Below, in pieces: positions 38,586-48,039 of a DNA stretch of 64,000 nucleotides (the stretch's first letter is position 1; each line of letters begins with the position of its first letter). The translations under genes and the position numbers were made by a program. The stretch lies in sequence record MT995927.1. The stretch is one strand, 5' to 3'. The notes below the pieces were generated by a model that was not told where the DNA came from, made no database searches, and worked only from the letters and a program-made list of their open reading frames with translations.

Positions 38586-38617
38586 TTCATATCGAATACT
38601 TTCAAAAGGAAAATAGG

Positions 38618-38995
38618 ATGAAATACGTCTTCTCGCTCATTATCACTATGGTAGCAATGTCGGTTAATGCACAACCCGTAACCGTGTCATCTTGCTACGT
38701 GCTGCACAGCTTGGCAAAGAATATGGTTCAATTCTACACTAATGGCGGTGAGCCATTGGAGATGTATGCAATACTGCAAGATGAACTATCCATTGCCATA
38801 GATAAAAACCAGAGTGATAAGGCACTCGCTATTAATATCGCATTGGATAATGTCGATGTAATATACCAAAATCTCACTGATCCCGCACTTAAGCTTTTGG
38901 CAAAGAGCGAGGGAAGTGATCTTGGTGAGATGCTGACTGAAAAACTCAGTAATGGGTGTTTCAATATAGTCGGCGAGGAGTTGTATGATAACTAG
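38618..38995 (+). CDS. exported two-Cys helical protein
   Basis: Signal peptide ..SVNA; VSSC...NGCFNIVGEEL. Confidence 0.8.
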   Translation: MKYVFSLIITMVAMSVNAQPVTVSSCYVLHSLAKNMVQFYTNGGEPLEMYAILQDELSIAIDKNQSDKALAINIALDNVDVIYQNLTDPALKLLAKSEGSDLGEMLTEKLSNGCFNIVGEELYDN

Positions 38996-39224
38996 AATCA
39001 TCCTAATTGTTGCATGGGTATGGGTAATCTCTCTTATGGGAATGATTACGTATGTTCTTTATGATACGTATCAATTTCGTAAGAAATTAGAAATGCCTGT
39101 TGTAGAATGGGAAGATAAGGCGAAGGACACTCCTGTTAAGAAGTGTCCAGATGAAGTATTATTCGCTGAAGACCCAAAGGATGGCAAACTCAAAATGGGA
39201 TGCCCTGAGAGTTATAAGAAATAA
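38985..39224 (+). CDS. single-TM protein with a C-terminal Cys pair
   Basis: TM helix; KKCP...MGCP. Confidence 0.7.
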   Translation: MITRIILIVAWVWVISLMGMITYVLYDTYQFRKKLEMPVVEWEDKAKDTPVKKCPDEVLFAEDPKDGKLKMGCPESYKK

Positions 39225-39226
39225 TT

Positions 39227-39250
39227 AGAGGACCTTCGGGTCCTCTTTTT
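39227..39250 (+). terminator. intrinsic terminator
   Basis: AGAGGACC-TTCG-GGTCCTCT-TTTT. Confidence 0.85.
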
Positions 39251-39423
39251 AACCGACTGGACGGTTAAAACTAGGTGGGATAAATTAAACTATTTGAGGA
39301 AATCTAATGCAACTTAGTAATGAACTTTTCTATGTGGGTATGGTAGCTGTATCAATGTCAATCGGTATGCTATTTAGCTATATTTATCACACTCATAAGA
39401 AAAAATATAAATAAAGTCATAAA

Positions 39424-39448
39424 CCCTCTCCCAAAGGAGAGGGCTTTT
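39424..39448 (+). terminator. intrinsic terminator
   Basis: CCCTCTCC-CAAA-GGAGAGGG. Confidence 0.75.
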
Positions 39449-39449
39449 A

Positions 39450-39479
39450 CATTAAATTTTTTTTGAAATCTATATTACA
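39450..39479 (+). promoter_or_regulatory. early promoter cassette, family B
   Basis: 30-bp identity with 23472..23501. Confidence 0.85.
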
Positions 39480-39517
39480 CTAATACAACATTAAACTATT
39501 AAATAGGTAATTAAAAA

Positions 39518-39892
39518 ATGAATGAAAATATTAAACGCTCATTTATTGGTATGCCACTGTCTATCAATATTGGTAAAGATATTGATTTATCAATGTATGA
39601 ACGAATTGTATTTGTATCACAAGTAGATAAAAATGATATAAAATACTTTGTTTATAAATTAAATAAATCCAAATTTAAACATGAACCAAATGTAGTTAAT
39701 TACGCCGAAACAGATAAGGATATTATTATTTATCCCCCGCTTGATTTCATTCAGACAATTAATGAATATTATCGAGTATCATTGGAAAATGAATTTATGT
39801 GTCATCCTGTTATTCTAAAAGCAGATGATAGTAATAATCAAGAAGTATTTTTGAAAACTATTAAAATGGTACATGAGTATGTCGATGAATAA
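39518..39892 (+). CDS. hypothetical early protein
   Basis: 124 aa, AGGT SD. Confidence 0.75.
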   Translation: MNENIKRSFIGMPLSINIGKDIDLSMYERIVFVSQVDKNDIKYFVYKLNKSKFKHEPNVVNYAETDKDIIIYPPLDFIQTINEYYRVSLENEFMCHPVILKADDSNNQEVFLKTIKMVHEYVDE

Positions 39893-40340
39893 CTGCGCAT
39901 TTATTAATTTAAGGCAACGTTTAGTTAATGATAAACTAACCTATGTGATTCATCCCATAGTGAAGGTTTATGATTTCACTAGAAAGGCTATTAGACAATT
40001 AACTGATTTTGCTATTTTAGATAGTTATAACTTCCCAGAGGAAACTTCCAATATTAGTGTTCAGCCAACTATCACAGATGATACTAATAATAGAAATTCT
40101 TTGATACATCTTGGGGTTATAGAAGAGCCTGATTTTGGACCAACTAGATTATACGCCATCTTAGATAGAGAAATCAAAGATGATTCTAATCTAATTGAAA
40201 CAACTGATGATGGCTGGTATACATTGGATGAGTTAATTCTAGTTGAAGACGATATGGATGAATTCGCGCGACTTATTGTTCAGTACTTGCGAACTATCCC
40301 GAGGAAGCCACAATGGTTAACTTCGACAAAAGATGTTTAG
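39873..40340 (+). CDS. hypothetical protein (possible degenerate Nudix-like fold)
   Basis: IHLGV...WYTLDEL; no Nudix box seen. Confidence 0.6.
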   Translation: MSMSMNNCAFINLRQRLVNDKLTYVIHPIVKVYDFTRKAIRQLTDFAILDSYNFPEETSNISVQPTITDDTNNRNSLIHLGVIEEPDFGPTRLYAILDREIKDDSNLIETTDDGWYTLDELILVEDDMDEFARLIVQYLRTIPRKPQWLTSTKDV

Positions 40341-40543
40341 AAATAGAGCCTAATCAGTTAGGTTATGTATTTACAAAGATCGGTTGGGAAATATGTGTTA
40401 CTATTGGCATACGACATATATGTGCTAAAACCTATTATACAGTGTATTCACTTAATGATAAATGCATTTATTACATTGAGCATTCAGCGCAATTTACTAA
40501 ACGCATAAAACCAAACTATATACAAAGGTTTCATGTTCTATGA
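40313..40543 (+). CDS. small hypothetical protein
   Basis: 76 aa, overlaps both neighbours. Confidence 0.55.
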   Translation: MVNFDKRCLEIEPNQLGYVFTKIGWEICVTIGIRHICAKTYYTVYSLNDKCIYYIEHSAQFTKRIKPNYIQRFHVL

Positions 40544-41226
40544 TCAATACAACCGATAAAACTATAGTTGGTATAGGATTTGAAACAAAGGTTTCAGATT
40601 CACCGATTGAACAACCTGTAAAGAAAACTAAGACTCCTAAGATAAATAAACAAAAAGAATGGGAGAAAGTAGATGATCCGAGAGAATATACAAAAGAGGA
40701 ACAAACTTCTCTCTTTGTAAATTGGCTTCAAAGCACACGTAATTACTGGCATAAACAGTATACCGATACTCAAAATACAGATAAGGCACTATCTATCAGA
40801 GATATGCTTGATGGATTTATATATAGCATCGCAGCTGGCCTAGATGGCAATGATCCAAATATACCCGGATTCAAACTTATACCTAATGTTACTCAAGAGG
40901 ATATTGACTACCTAATAAGTATTGGTGAGAATTATTGGCCAGTAAACCCAGTTGAAAATTTAAAAGATAATATCCGTGCAAAGTGTGATGCAGTTGATAT
41001 TTCTGGTAATCTACGTTATCAAGTTTCTAAGACATTTACGGAACCTTTCAAAGGACCACATGCACTATTGAACCATTTCCTTAGTTTAGCAGGTGAGAAA
41101 CCTGTTAAGTATTACTCGGGTAATTTTACGCAAGAGCAACTTGCTATGTTAGTAGAAAAAGCTAAAGAAAAAGCGGAAAAGATACAATCACAAATAGCTG
41201 ATGATATCAGTCGAATAATGCGTTAA
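40540..41226 (+). CDS. hypothetical protein, LDG-PxFxLxP family
   Basis: AAGLDGNDPNIPGFKLIP..GENYWP. Confidence 0.8.
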   Translation: MINTTDKTIVGIGFETKVSDSPIEQPVKKTKTPKINKQKEWEKVDDPREYTKEEQTSLFVNWLQSTRNYWHKQYTDTQNTDKALSIRDMLDGFIYSIAAGLDGNDPNIPGFKLIPNVTQEDIDYLISIGENYWPVNPVENLKDNIRAKCDAVDISGNLRYQVSKTFTEPFKGPHALLNHFLSLAGEKPVKYYSGNFTQEQLAMLVEKAKEKAEKIQSQIADDISRIMR

Positions 41227-41270
41227 TGAACTAATAAATTTATAAGCTACTGATAACAAGGTATGTAATT

Positions 41271-41645
41271 ATGATCTATTTTGAAGGCGATGGTAATGTT
41301 AAACCTGTAACACAGGAACAAGTTAAAGAACTATTTATTAGTAGTGTTGTCAATATGCGTGATAATGCTATCAATAACTCTAAACTTGATCAATTTACAG
41401 AGCCAGCTGATCGGGACAGGGCTGTAGCAGATAGTGTCATTACAGGCATGCTAGATATACTAGATGGCAATAATGACGATTGCCCAGCGTTTCATTTAAT
41501 TCCAGCAGTTGGTGAGGAAGAATATTTAGCGGCTGTAGAAGCAGGTGCTGATTATATCCCTTATGATGATGGTAGTGATAATTATCAACCATTAGATTTA
41601 GCTGGTGAACTACGAGATTATTTTATCTTTGTTAATAGGGGTTAA
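41271..41645 (+). CDS. hypothetical protein, tandem paralogue of 40540
   Basis: DILDGNNDDCPAFHLIP..GADYIP. Confidence 0.8.
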   Translation: MIYFEGDGNVKPVTQEQVKELFISSVVNMRDNAINNSKLDQFTEPADRDRAVADSVITGMLDILDGNNDDCPAFHLIPAVGEEEYLAAVEAGADYIPYDDGSDNYQPLDLAGELRDYFIFVNRG

Positions 41646-41647
41646 TA

Positions 41648-42082
41648 ATGGCTGATATAGTAATTGCACTAATCCTGTCAGCAATTATTGTTTATCTAAT
41701 TAATATTTTTAAACACCCAAAAATAATTTATGCCAATAGTGTAAATGATAATGTCTTCATTGTTACTGGTTGCTCTTATATATCTGAAAATAATGAAGAT
41801 GGTACATTAACAACTTTTTCACCTAAATTAAATAATAGGTTAATAATTGATTTAACTAAAGGTCAACCCAATAAAGACTTTTATATTTCAGTATTAGATA
41901 ACACACTTAAATTCCATCACACTGTTGATGAAATCATCACAGCTAATAAATGGGAAGCTTTATTTAAAATTAGCATAACCAAAGAGGATGTGTGTATCTC
42001 AGGAATGTCTCTTAAAAATAAACACATTAAATGTAATTTACACTGGGTTATAGTACCAGGTAAAATGGCGAATAAATTGTAA
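41648..42082 (+). CDS. single-TM protein
   Basis: N-terminal IVIALILSAIIVYLI. Confidence 0.7.
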   Translation: MADIVIALILSAIIVYLINIFKHPKIIYANSVNDNVFIVTGCSYISENNEDGTLTTFSPKLNNRLIIDLTKGQPNKDFYISVLDNTLKFHHTVDEIITANKWEALFKISITKEDVCISGMSLKNKHIKCNLHWVIVPGKMANKL

Positions 42083-42095
42083 TAGTTATTATATT

Positions 42096-42118
42096 GCCCT
42101 CCCATTGCGGGAGGGCTT
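42096..42118 (+). terminator. intrinsic terminator
   Basis: GCCCTCCC-ATTGC-GGGAGGGC-TT, near-identical to 3089. Confidence 0.8.
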
Positions 42119-42134
42119 ATATTTTATTTTTTTG

Positions 42135-42173
42135 TATTTAAAGCATTTTAAACAGTATATTACAAATGTGATA
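42135..42173 (+). promoter_or_regulatory. early promoter cassette, family A
   Basis: 39-bp identity with 62831..62869; TATATTAC at 42156. Confidence 0.9.
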
Positions 42174-42206
42174 AAACTATCTAAATTTCAAATAGGTAAA
42201 TCAATT

Positions 42207-42566
42207 ATGTTGGATTATGCTTTGGAAAAGTGTCGCGAGATCCCTTATGTAAAACATCGTCAACGTGTTTATTCAGTCATTACTGATAAGCGTGGCAGGA
42301 TTATTAGTGAAAGCCAAAATATGTATGGTAAAACACATCCTGTTCAGAAACGTTATTCTCTAAAAGCAGGATTGTCTGATCTACGTTGTGAGATGCATAG
42401 TGAGTTGCGTTCTATCATCCTCTCCAAAGGAAAAGGATATAGGATCTATGTTGCGCGGGTCGGTGCTGATGGCAGGCCATTGGATGCGTATCCGTGCCCC
42501 ACTTGTCAGATGGCAATTAATGACCATGGTAAATTAAAAGAGGTAATTGTATCTATTGGTAAATAA
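42207..42566 (+). CDS. Zn-dependent deaminase-fold protein
   Basis: HSE ... PCPTC; start moved to the ATG after AGGT. Confidence 0.75.
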   Translation: MLDYALEKCREIPYVKHRQRVYSVITDKRGRIISESQNMYGKTHPVQKRYSLKAGLSDLRCEMHSELRSIILSKGKGYRIYVARVGADGRPLDAYPCPTCQMAINDHGKLKEVIVSIGK

Positions 42567-42619
42567 TAAACCATCAAAACGCGTATTAAAATTTATTTAA
42601 CTCACGGGGAACTGATACG

Positions 42620-42964
42620 ATGACTCTTGGTATTTCAAAATCTCTTTTGGAAAATGCAATCAAAACTCTTCAAATAGAAACTGGCAATTGCTCTATTCCG
42701 ACCAAAAATGAAATTCATGCAATGTTGGTTGAACGGCAAGCCAATGAAGTCTGTGCGGGTATTCGGAGAAAGATGCTTGAAGACCTACCTGGTTTCAACA
42801 ACTTCCATTTTATTCGCAGTTATGAAATTGTTGTCGAACATAAGGATGAAATTGCTCCATCTGTAATGAAGGTTGTTAAAGCACGACTGCGTGAAGCGGG
42901 CTGGAGAAAAGTCGAGTTCGGTGAGCACAATTGCGGTATTACAAAGATTAGGATTAAGCTATGA
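42620..42964 (+). CDS. hypothetical protein
   Basis: 114 aa. Confidence 0.8.
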   Translation: MTLGISKSLLENAIKTLQIETGNCSIPTKNEIHAMLVERQANEVCAGIRRKMLEDLPGFNNFHFIRSYEIVVEHKDEIAPSVMKVVKARLREAGWRKVEFGEHNCGITKIRIKL

Positions 42965-43383
42965 AAAATACACGCTTAGTTGAAGTAGCAACACATGCTT
43001 ATTGTCTGGTTGGTGGACTTCCTAAACCAGAAGAAATGGATGAGGCTGAAAAAGAGTATTGGGCATCTGTACCAAGTGAGGATATTAAATTAGCTTCATA
43101 TTGGAAAATGGTTCAACCACCACTATATGCCCTAGTGATGAAATATAGTGGAATTGATTACGAAAGATTTTATCCTTATCCTGGTGGTCCTTCTCTTAAC
43201 ACTGACGAGCTAAAGACTTTCAGGCTCAATGATATCGATGAAGGTGCGCTTATTTGGCGTGATGTCTGCATTACTTGGTATAAACGACCAGGACGGTGTA
43301 TGTGTGTTTCACGCGACATCGCAGATGATGAACTCGTGCAACTTGAACAGGAACTCATTAAAGCTATCGCAAAACCGAAATAA
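42961..43383 (+). CDS. conserved phage hypothetical protein
   Basis: 140 aa, ITWYKRPGR. Confidence 0.8.
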   Translation: MKNTRLVEVATHAYCLVGGLPKPEEMDEAEKEYWASVPSEDIKLASYWKMVQPPLYALVMKYSGIDYERFYPYPGGPSLNTDELKTFRLNDIDEGALIWRDVCITWYKRPGRCMCVSRDIADDELVQLEQELIKAIAKPK

Positions 43384-43434
43384 CTTATAAAAGAAGTTTA
43401 ACAGATTTTTAATCCAACTAAAAGGAAATTGTAA

Positions 43435-43668
43435 ATGCAACATGTAACTGTAAAAACTATGAACTCTGGACTGAAAGTCATTGATCTGGATGGTATCCGA
43501 CTCAAAGACAAAAATATTATCCAGCTACGTTCTATTATGAATCACGATGCAGCAAAGCAATCGTCAGCTTTTATGCATCACGATAGCCAGTTCAATAATG
43601 TACGTATTGAATTTTGGCGCGAACCATCAGCGCGAATTATCTCGCTGATTAAAGATGCGGTCGCATGA
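43435..43668 (+). CDS. hypothetical protein
   Basis: 77 aa, AAGGA SD. Confidence 0.75.
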   Translation: MQHVTVKTMNSGLKVIDLDGIRLKDKNIIQLRSIMNHDAAKQSSAFMHHDSQFNNVRIEFWREPSARIISLIKDAVA

Positions 43669-43695
43669 CCGCTTTCTTTTAAGAAGGTAACTAAT

Positions 43696-43974
43696 ATGTC
43701 TATCTCTGATGTAGTATATGAAGCCGCTGTCAAAAGTGGTGTTAGTCTTGAACACCTTGGTAAAGAAGAGCCTATTCTAAAAATTCGCTCTGTTAAAGAA
43801 AGTGATGGATGGGATATCATCCTCTATTATCCTGGTAAGATTACCAAGACTGTGAAACTACTATCAAGCGATGTAGCTGGGTCAGATGCATCAAAGTTTA
43901 TTGAACATGTATTTGGAGATGTTCAATTTGCTAAAGAAGCAGTACGCAATGCTGAAGGCATTGTAATAAAATAA
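43696..43974 (+). CDS. hypothetical protein
   Basis: 92 aa. Confidence 0.75.
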   Translation: MSISDVVYEAAVKSGVSLEHLGKEEPILKIRSVKESDGWDIILYYPGKITKTVKLLSSDVAGSDASKFIEHVFGDVQFAKEAVRNAEGIVIK

Positions 43975-44000
43975 TCAATCTGGAAAAAAAGGAAATATAA

Positions 44001-44420
44001 ATGTATATTGATGAAAAGTACTGGGCTCATTCTGTAAAAGCTATGGATAACAAACATCCAGTTTTGGTGAATGTGCATGGTCTTCATTGGTGTTCACCGT
44101 CTTTGGTTAATTGGAGCCTAACTGCCGTCAAACGCGATGGATCACTTTCATCAAAAGAAGTGTTTGATATCACTAGCAAATATGCCAGCCATCTCATTGA
44201 TCATGAAGTTAAAATCGTTAATGATCAATTGGTCTACCTGATCAAAAATAATCTGATTAGTGGCATTACTGAGCTTGATGATGGTTTCTTTGTATTTGCA
44301 AATATTGATGGCGAGTCATGGTCCATGCATGTTGTAATTGAATGCTTGATGGAACATGAAGAAAATTGGGAAAAACTCGCTGCCGTTAAGTGCAATGAGT
44401 TGACCATTTCTGCATTCTAA
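44001..44420 (+). CDS. hypothetical protein
   Basis: 139 aa. Confidence 0.8.
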   Translation: MYIDEKYWAHSVKAMDNKHPVLVNVHGLHWCSPSLVNWSLTAVKRDGSLSSKEVFDITSKYASHLIDHEVKIVNDQLVYLIKNNLISGITELDDGFFVFANIDGESWSMHVVIECLMEHEENWEKLAAVKCNELTISAF

Positions 44421-44498
44421 TTAATTATGAAAATGGGGGTCTAAAGACCCCCTATCTATTTAATAGAATGAAACTAATCTTAATAATGGTGAATACTA

Positions 44499-44795
44499 AT
44501 GAATAAATATTACCATTTGAAGAAACAGAAGGATGCTACATGGACAATTGAATTTCTAGGAAAGATGCGTAATTTTAAATTCAACCATGTAACTAAACAG
44601 AATAATAGCTGGGTTAGCATGGGTATTGAAGGTTATCCAGCACTTAAATTTAACTGTGATGGATTTGGTAGATTAGAAAGTATTCAACCCATTGATGATG
44701 ATTTAACCATCGATGAAATATTTATTCCACGTAAACATTCTGTTTCACAGTGTATCGATATAACAACACTTTACATAGGTGGTCAATGTGACTGA
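44499..44795 (+). CDS. hypothetical protein
   Basis: 98 aa. Confidence 0.7.
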   Translation: MNKYYHLKKQKDATWTIEFLGKMRNFKFNHVTKQNNSWVSMGIEGYPALKFNCDGFGRLESIQPIDDDLTIDEIFIPRKHSVSQCIDITTLYIGGQCD

Positions 44796-45225
44796 GATAA
44801 TATTAGTTATTTTATCATTGTTTGTTCTTTCAGTCATAACCGGCTATTGTATAACCCGGTTAGAGAAAACCGAAGATATAGCCTATTATGTTAAATCAAT
44901 TACGTATTACTTAGGTGAATCCGGTGATACATTTTTTAATAGTGAACCCAAAGTAATACAGCTGGATAACCCTGTAAAACTAGTTTTCACTAATGAACCA
45001 GTTCAAATAAAAACACTTTATTTAGACCTAGATAAGAAAGAATTATATCTTAATCATCCCGAACATGCTTGTATTGTAATGCGTGTTATTTTCTTTTTAA
45101 ATTATCATAACCAGAAAAAACTCATCGGTTATTCAGATGAGTACTATCATGACAATGAGTATGTTGATAGTGAGTTTGATATGGTCATAAAGAAAATTAG
45201 TGTAGAATGCTATAAAGGTTTATAA
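44779..45225 (+). CDS. single-TM protein
   Basis: N-terminal hydrophobic helix. Confidence 0.7.
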   Translation: MVNVTEIILVILSLFVLSVITGYCITRLEKTEDIAYYVKSITYYLGESGDTFFNSEPKVIQLDNPVKLVFTNEPVQIKTLYLDLDKKELYLNHPEHACIVMRVIFFLNYHNQKKLIGYSDEYYHDNEYVDSEFDMVIKKISVECYKGL

Positions 45226-45261
45226 TGGTCAATTTTATAGACCATCAATCAGGAGTTAATA

Positions 45262-45693
45262 ATGAGTGTTCTACAACAGCTAGGAAGTTTCCCAGTATAT
45301 AAGAAAACTAATGGTGAAACTCGATTTCTATTAGACCATGATGTTGCTATCAGCATGGTTACAACTGAGCAAGGTAGTTTTATGACTGCCCCACTAAAAA
45401 CAGATGGGGTAGAGTTCAATCTATCTGAAGTCTTTGGTGATTATAAAAAATTCGATAATGTGATTGTAGATAAACTCTACTATCGTGATTTATCTGGTAA
45501 AATGCAGTCTAAAAAAGTACCAACTATCCCACAGCTTTATAAAGACATGACTGTATTTAAAAGTGGGTATACCACTAAAATAAATAACCTTCGCTGGGGT
45601 TATTGTGTAACTATTAAAAATGATGGTACAGCTAAAATTTGGACAGATTCTAATAGTCCTATTTGTGGTGTGTCAATTCGTTTCACAATGTAA
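45262..45693 (+). CDS. hypothetical protein
   Basis: 143 aa, AGGAG SD. Confidence 0.8.
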   Translation: MSVLQQLGSFPVYKKTNGETRFLLDHDVAISMVTTEQGSFMTAPLKTDGVEFNLSEVFGDYKKFDNVIVDKLYYRDLSGKMQSKKVPTIPQLYKDMTVFKSGYTTKINNLRWGYCVTIKNDGTAKIWTDSNSPICGVSIRFTM

Positions 45694-45703
45694 CGTCATA
45701 ATG

Positions 45704-45725
45704 GCCTCCCTTCGGGGAGGCTTTT
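45704..45725 (+). terminator. intrinsic terminator
   Basis: GCCTCCC-TTCG-GGGAGGC-TTTT. Confidence 0.85.
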
Positions 45726-45755
45726 ATATCCCTTTATATAAACAGGTATATTCAA

Positions 45756-46058
45756 ATGAAAATGAATAATAAGGTAATTGACTCGGCGTCGTATATGTTG
45801 GCTAATACCGATAAGTTCATTAGTACTGTATTCGCTGGTGAAGACCGGTATATTGAGTCCTGTACTGGGCTCATTAGCGCACATGGTGATAAGGTGGAGC
45901 AGTACCGTAATGGTTGGGAAGAGGCTGGATTAGACTTTAATAAAGCACAAATAATCTATCTTCTAACCTATACTAAACTACTAGGTGATACTCCTAAGTA
46001 TATGTCTAATCAATGGGTGATTGACAACTATTCTAAATACAGTGAACTATTGCCATAA
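45756..46058 (+). CDS. hypothetical protein
   Basis: 100 aa. Confidence 0.75.
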   Translation: MKMNNKVIDSASYMLANTDKFISTVFAGEDRYIESCTGLISAHGDKVEQYRNGWEEAGLDFNKAQIIYLLTYTKLLGDTPKYMSNQWVIDNYSKYSELLP

Positions 46059-46350
46059 TGCATAAATGGTTTATTATAAGTAAATTTAAAAATATATAAT
46101 AACCATGCTAAGTTAGATAATCATTATTTGAGGTACTCAAAATGGAAGGAATCAAATATGTAGCACTGTTTTTGATTATAGCTATTTTAAGTAGTACATT
46201 AGTTGGTATTAATAAAATTATTAGTATAGGTGATATCGATGGATATAGATCAGAAAAAGAAAGAATCACCGAAATTCAATCCCATCATAAATAGTATCTT
46301 TAACAAGTCATGGTTAACTGAAGATAAAAGTGGTAAAGAGGTAAAAAGAA

Positions 46351-46653
46351 ATGAGTACAACAGTGAGCTGTCTAGCAAACGTGCTAGCTAATGGTATTAG
46401 TCTTATCGCTAAGAATAAAGTTCAAGTAGGTATGATTCTACAAGCAACACAGGATATTTGGATCATGCGTACTTGTAAAAAGAATGGTTATTTAGAATGG
46501 AAGTTTGCTAATGAAGGTGATGACCTAACCGTATTAGGTGTTGATGAGGGTAATCCCGAAGGCGGCTTTAGAGTTTTAAATGCCGACAATTATAATCAAA
46601 TTGAAACTGTACAATGTACAGATATGGATGATATTCTTCACGCCTATAACTGA
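46351..46653 (+). CDS. SH3-like paralogue
   Basis: VGMILQATQDI...ANEGDDLTV. Confidence 0.7.
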   Translation: MSTTVSCLANVLANGISLIAKNKVQVGMILQATQDIWIMRTCKKNGYLEWKFANEGDDLTVLGVDEGNPEGGFRVLNADNYNQIETVQCTDMDDILHAYN

Positions 46654-46661
46654 GGTGATAT

Positions 46662-46874
46662 ATGTCAAATTCATTTAAAGCCGGTGACAAAGTTGTAGTC
46701 AACACAGATATTATTAATAGCACTGGTGAATGCGGCTATGATCTTACACTATGCAAAGCTGGTACTGTAGTTATAATCGAATCTGTTAATGGAGACCATC
46801 TGTTAGTATATCCATCTAATAGCGGTCCTAGTAATGGATTTTATGTTCATCTACATCAGGTTAATGCACAATGA
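46662..46874 (+). CDS. SH3-like paralogue
   Basis: AGDKVVVNTDI...CKAGTVVII. Confidence 0.7.
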   Translation: MSNSFKAGDKVVVNTDIINSTGECGYDLTLCKAGTVVIIESVNGDHLLVYPSNSGPSNGFYVHLHQVNAQ

Positions 46875-47248
46875 AACTTGAATGCGTAAGAGATACTGCA
46901 CAGATCCTCTACAGTAAAAGAGCTTTTATAAAAGGTAATTATATTGGTAGCGAATATCATATTTACCAATTACTAACCCATCTTCATCATCGTATCGTTA
47001 ATGCGCTTATTGAAATATATGATGATGATTCACTAGCTGATGTGCTAAATAAAAGTCCTGATGATATTATTATCTTATTCTCTAAACATGCGACTAATGC
47101 GTATCAGCATTACAAAGTTCTTCGCCAAAATATAAATGCTAAGATTGAAGAAGTAAATGCATCACGAAATAGGTATACTCTATGGTCTAACTTAGTAGAG
47201 GATATTCTTAAGTTTAGACTATATTGCAGTAAACTAAAGGTGGGTTGA
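46871..47248 (+). CDS. hypothetical protein
   Basis: 125 aa. Confidence 0.75.
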   Translation: MKLECVRDTAQILYSKRAFIKGNYIGSEYHIYQLLTHLHHRIVNALIEIYDDDSLADVLNKSPDDIIILFSKHATNAYQHYKVLRQNINAKIEEVNASRNRYTLWSNLVEDILKFRLYCSKLKVG

Positions 47249-47249
47249 G

Positions 47250-47615
47250 ATGATCGAAATTAATTCTGCTGAAGTGGAAATGCTTGTTAAAACAATTACT
47301 GGCGATTTACTCTACTCTATCCACGATGGTACATATCCAGCTGAAGTTCATTGGATGTTTAAAGCAGATGTTGCAATGCTGGATGCATGGTTTGCTAAAA
47401 TTTATCAGTTTGGTATGTCAAAGCAAATCCCATATGCCAGTATTCCATTTGCCAATCTAGTGGATGTATCAACTGAGTGGCTATTCCAATATATGGCCAA
47501 TCTGTCAGCTAATCTAGGTGATTTTGAAGAGGTCCAAGAACCTATTTTCAATATCATCAATAAGATCCATTCAATGTGGTCAGTTTATGATAAGTATTCA
47601 TGGACTGGTAGCTAA
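47250..47615 (+). CDS. hypothetical protein
   Basis: 121 aa. Confidence 0.75.
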   Translation: MIEINSAEVEMLVKTITGDLLYSIHDGTYPAEVHWMFKADVAMLDAWFAKIYQFGMSKQIPYASIPFANLVDVSTEWLFQYMANLSANLGDFEEVQEPIFNIINKIHSMWSVYDKYSWTGS

Positions 47616-47658
47616 TACTTGACCGTCCAATTAGATAGTTATAGGACGGGAATTAGCC

Positions 47659-47994
47659 ATGTTTATAGTTGATGATAAGTGTTATAGTTGGTCAAGTACT
47701 TCGCACGGTCGTGGGAAAAGAAGCGAAATAGTTGGAGCAGGTGTTTACGTTATTGAACACATTGCAACTGGGAAGTATTTGGTAGGACTTTCAAAGACTG
47801 TTAGTAATGAAGTTGATAAACATATCGCTGCATTACGTAATAATAGTCATCAAAATAAGGCGATGTTAGGTTTAGTACATCGGGATATGGATTTACGTTT
47901 ATTAGAATATCCCATTAGTAAGGTTAGTGATCAGAAAGCTCTTATTGCCAAGATCCGAGCCACTACTGAACCTAAATATCTAATGCTTAACTAG
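47659..47994 (+). CDS. stand-alone degenerate GIY-YIG domain protein
   Basis: GVYVIEHIATGKYLVG...H...LRNNSHQN; catalytic Arg position is Glu. Confidence 0.65.
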   Translation: MFIVDDKCYSWSSTSHGRGKRSEIVGAGVYVIEHIATGKYLVGLSKTVSNEVDKHIAALRNNSHQNKAMLGLVHRDMDLRLLEYPISKVSDQKALIAKIRATTEPKYLMLN

Positions 47995-48039
47995 GGAGGG
48001 TAATACCTCCCTTTCTTATATAAGAAAAGGAAATATACA

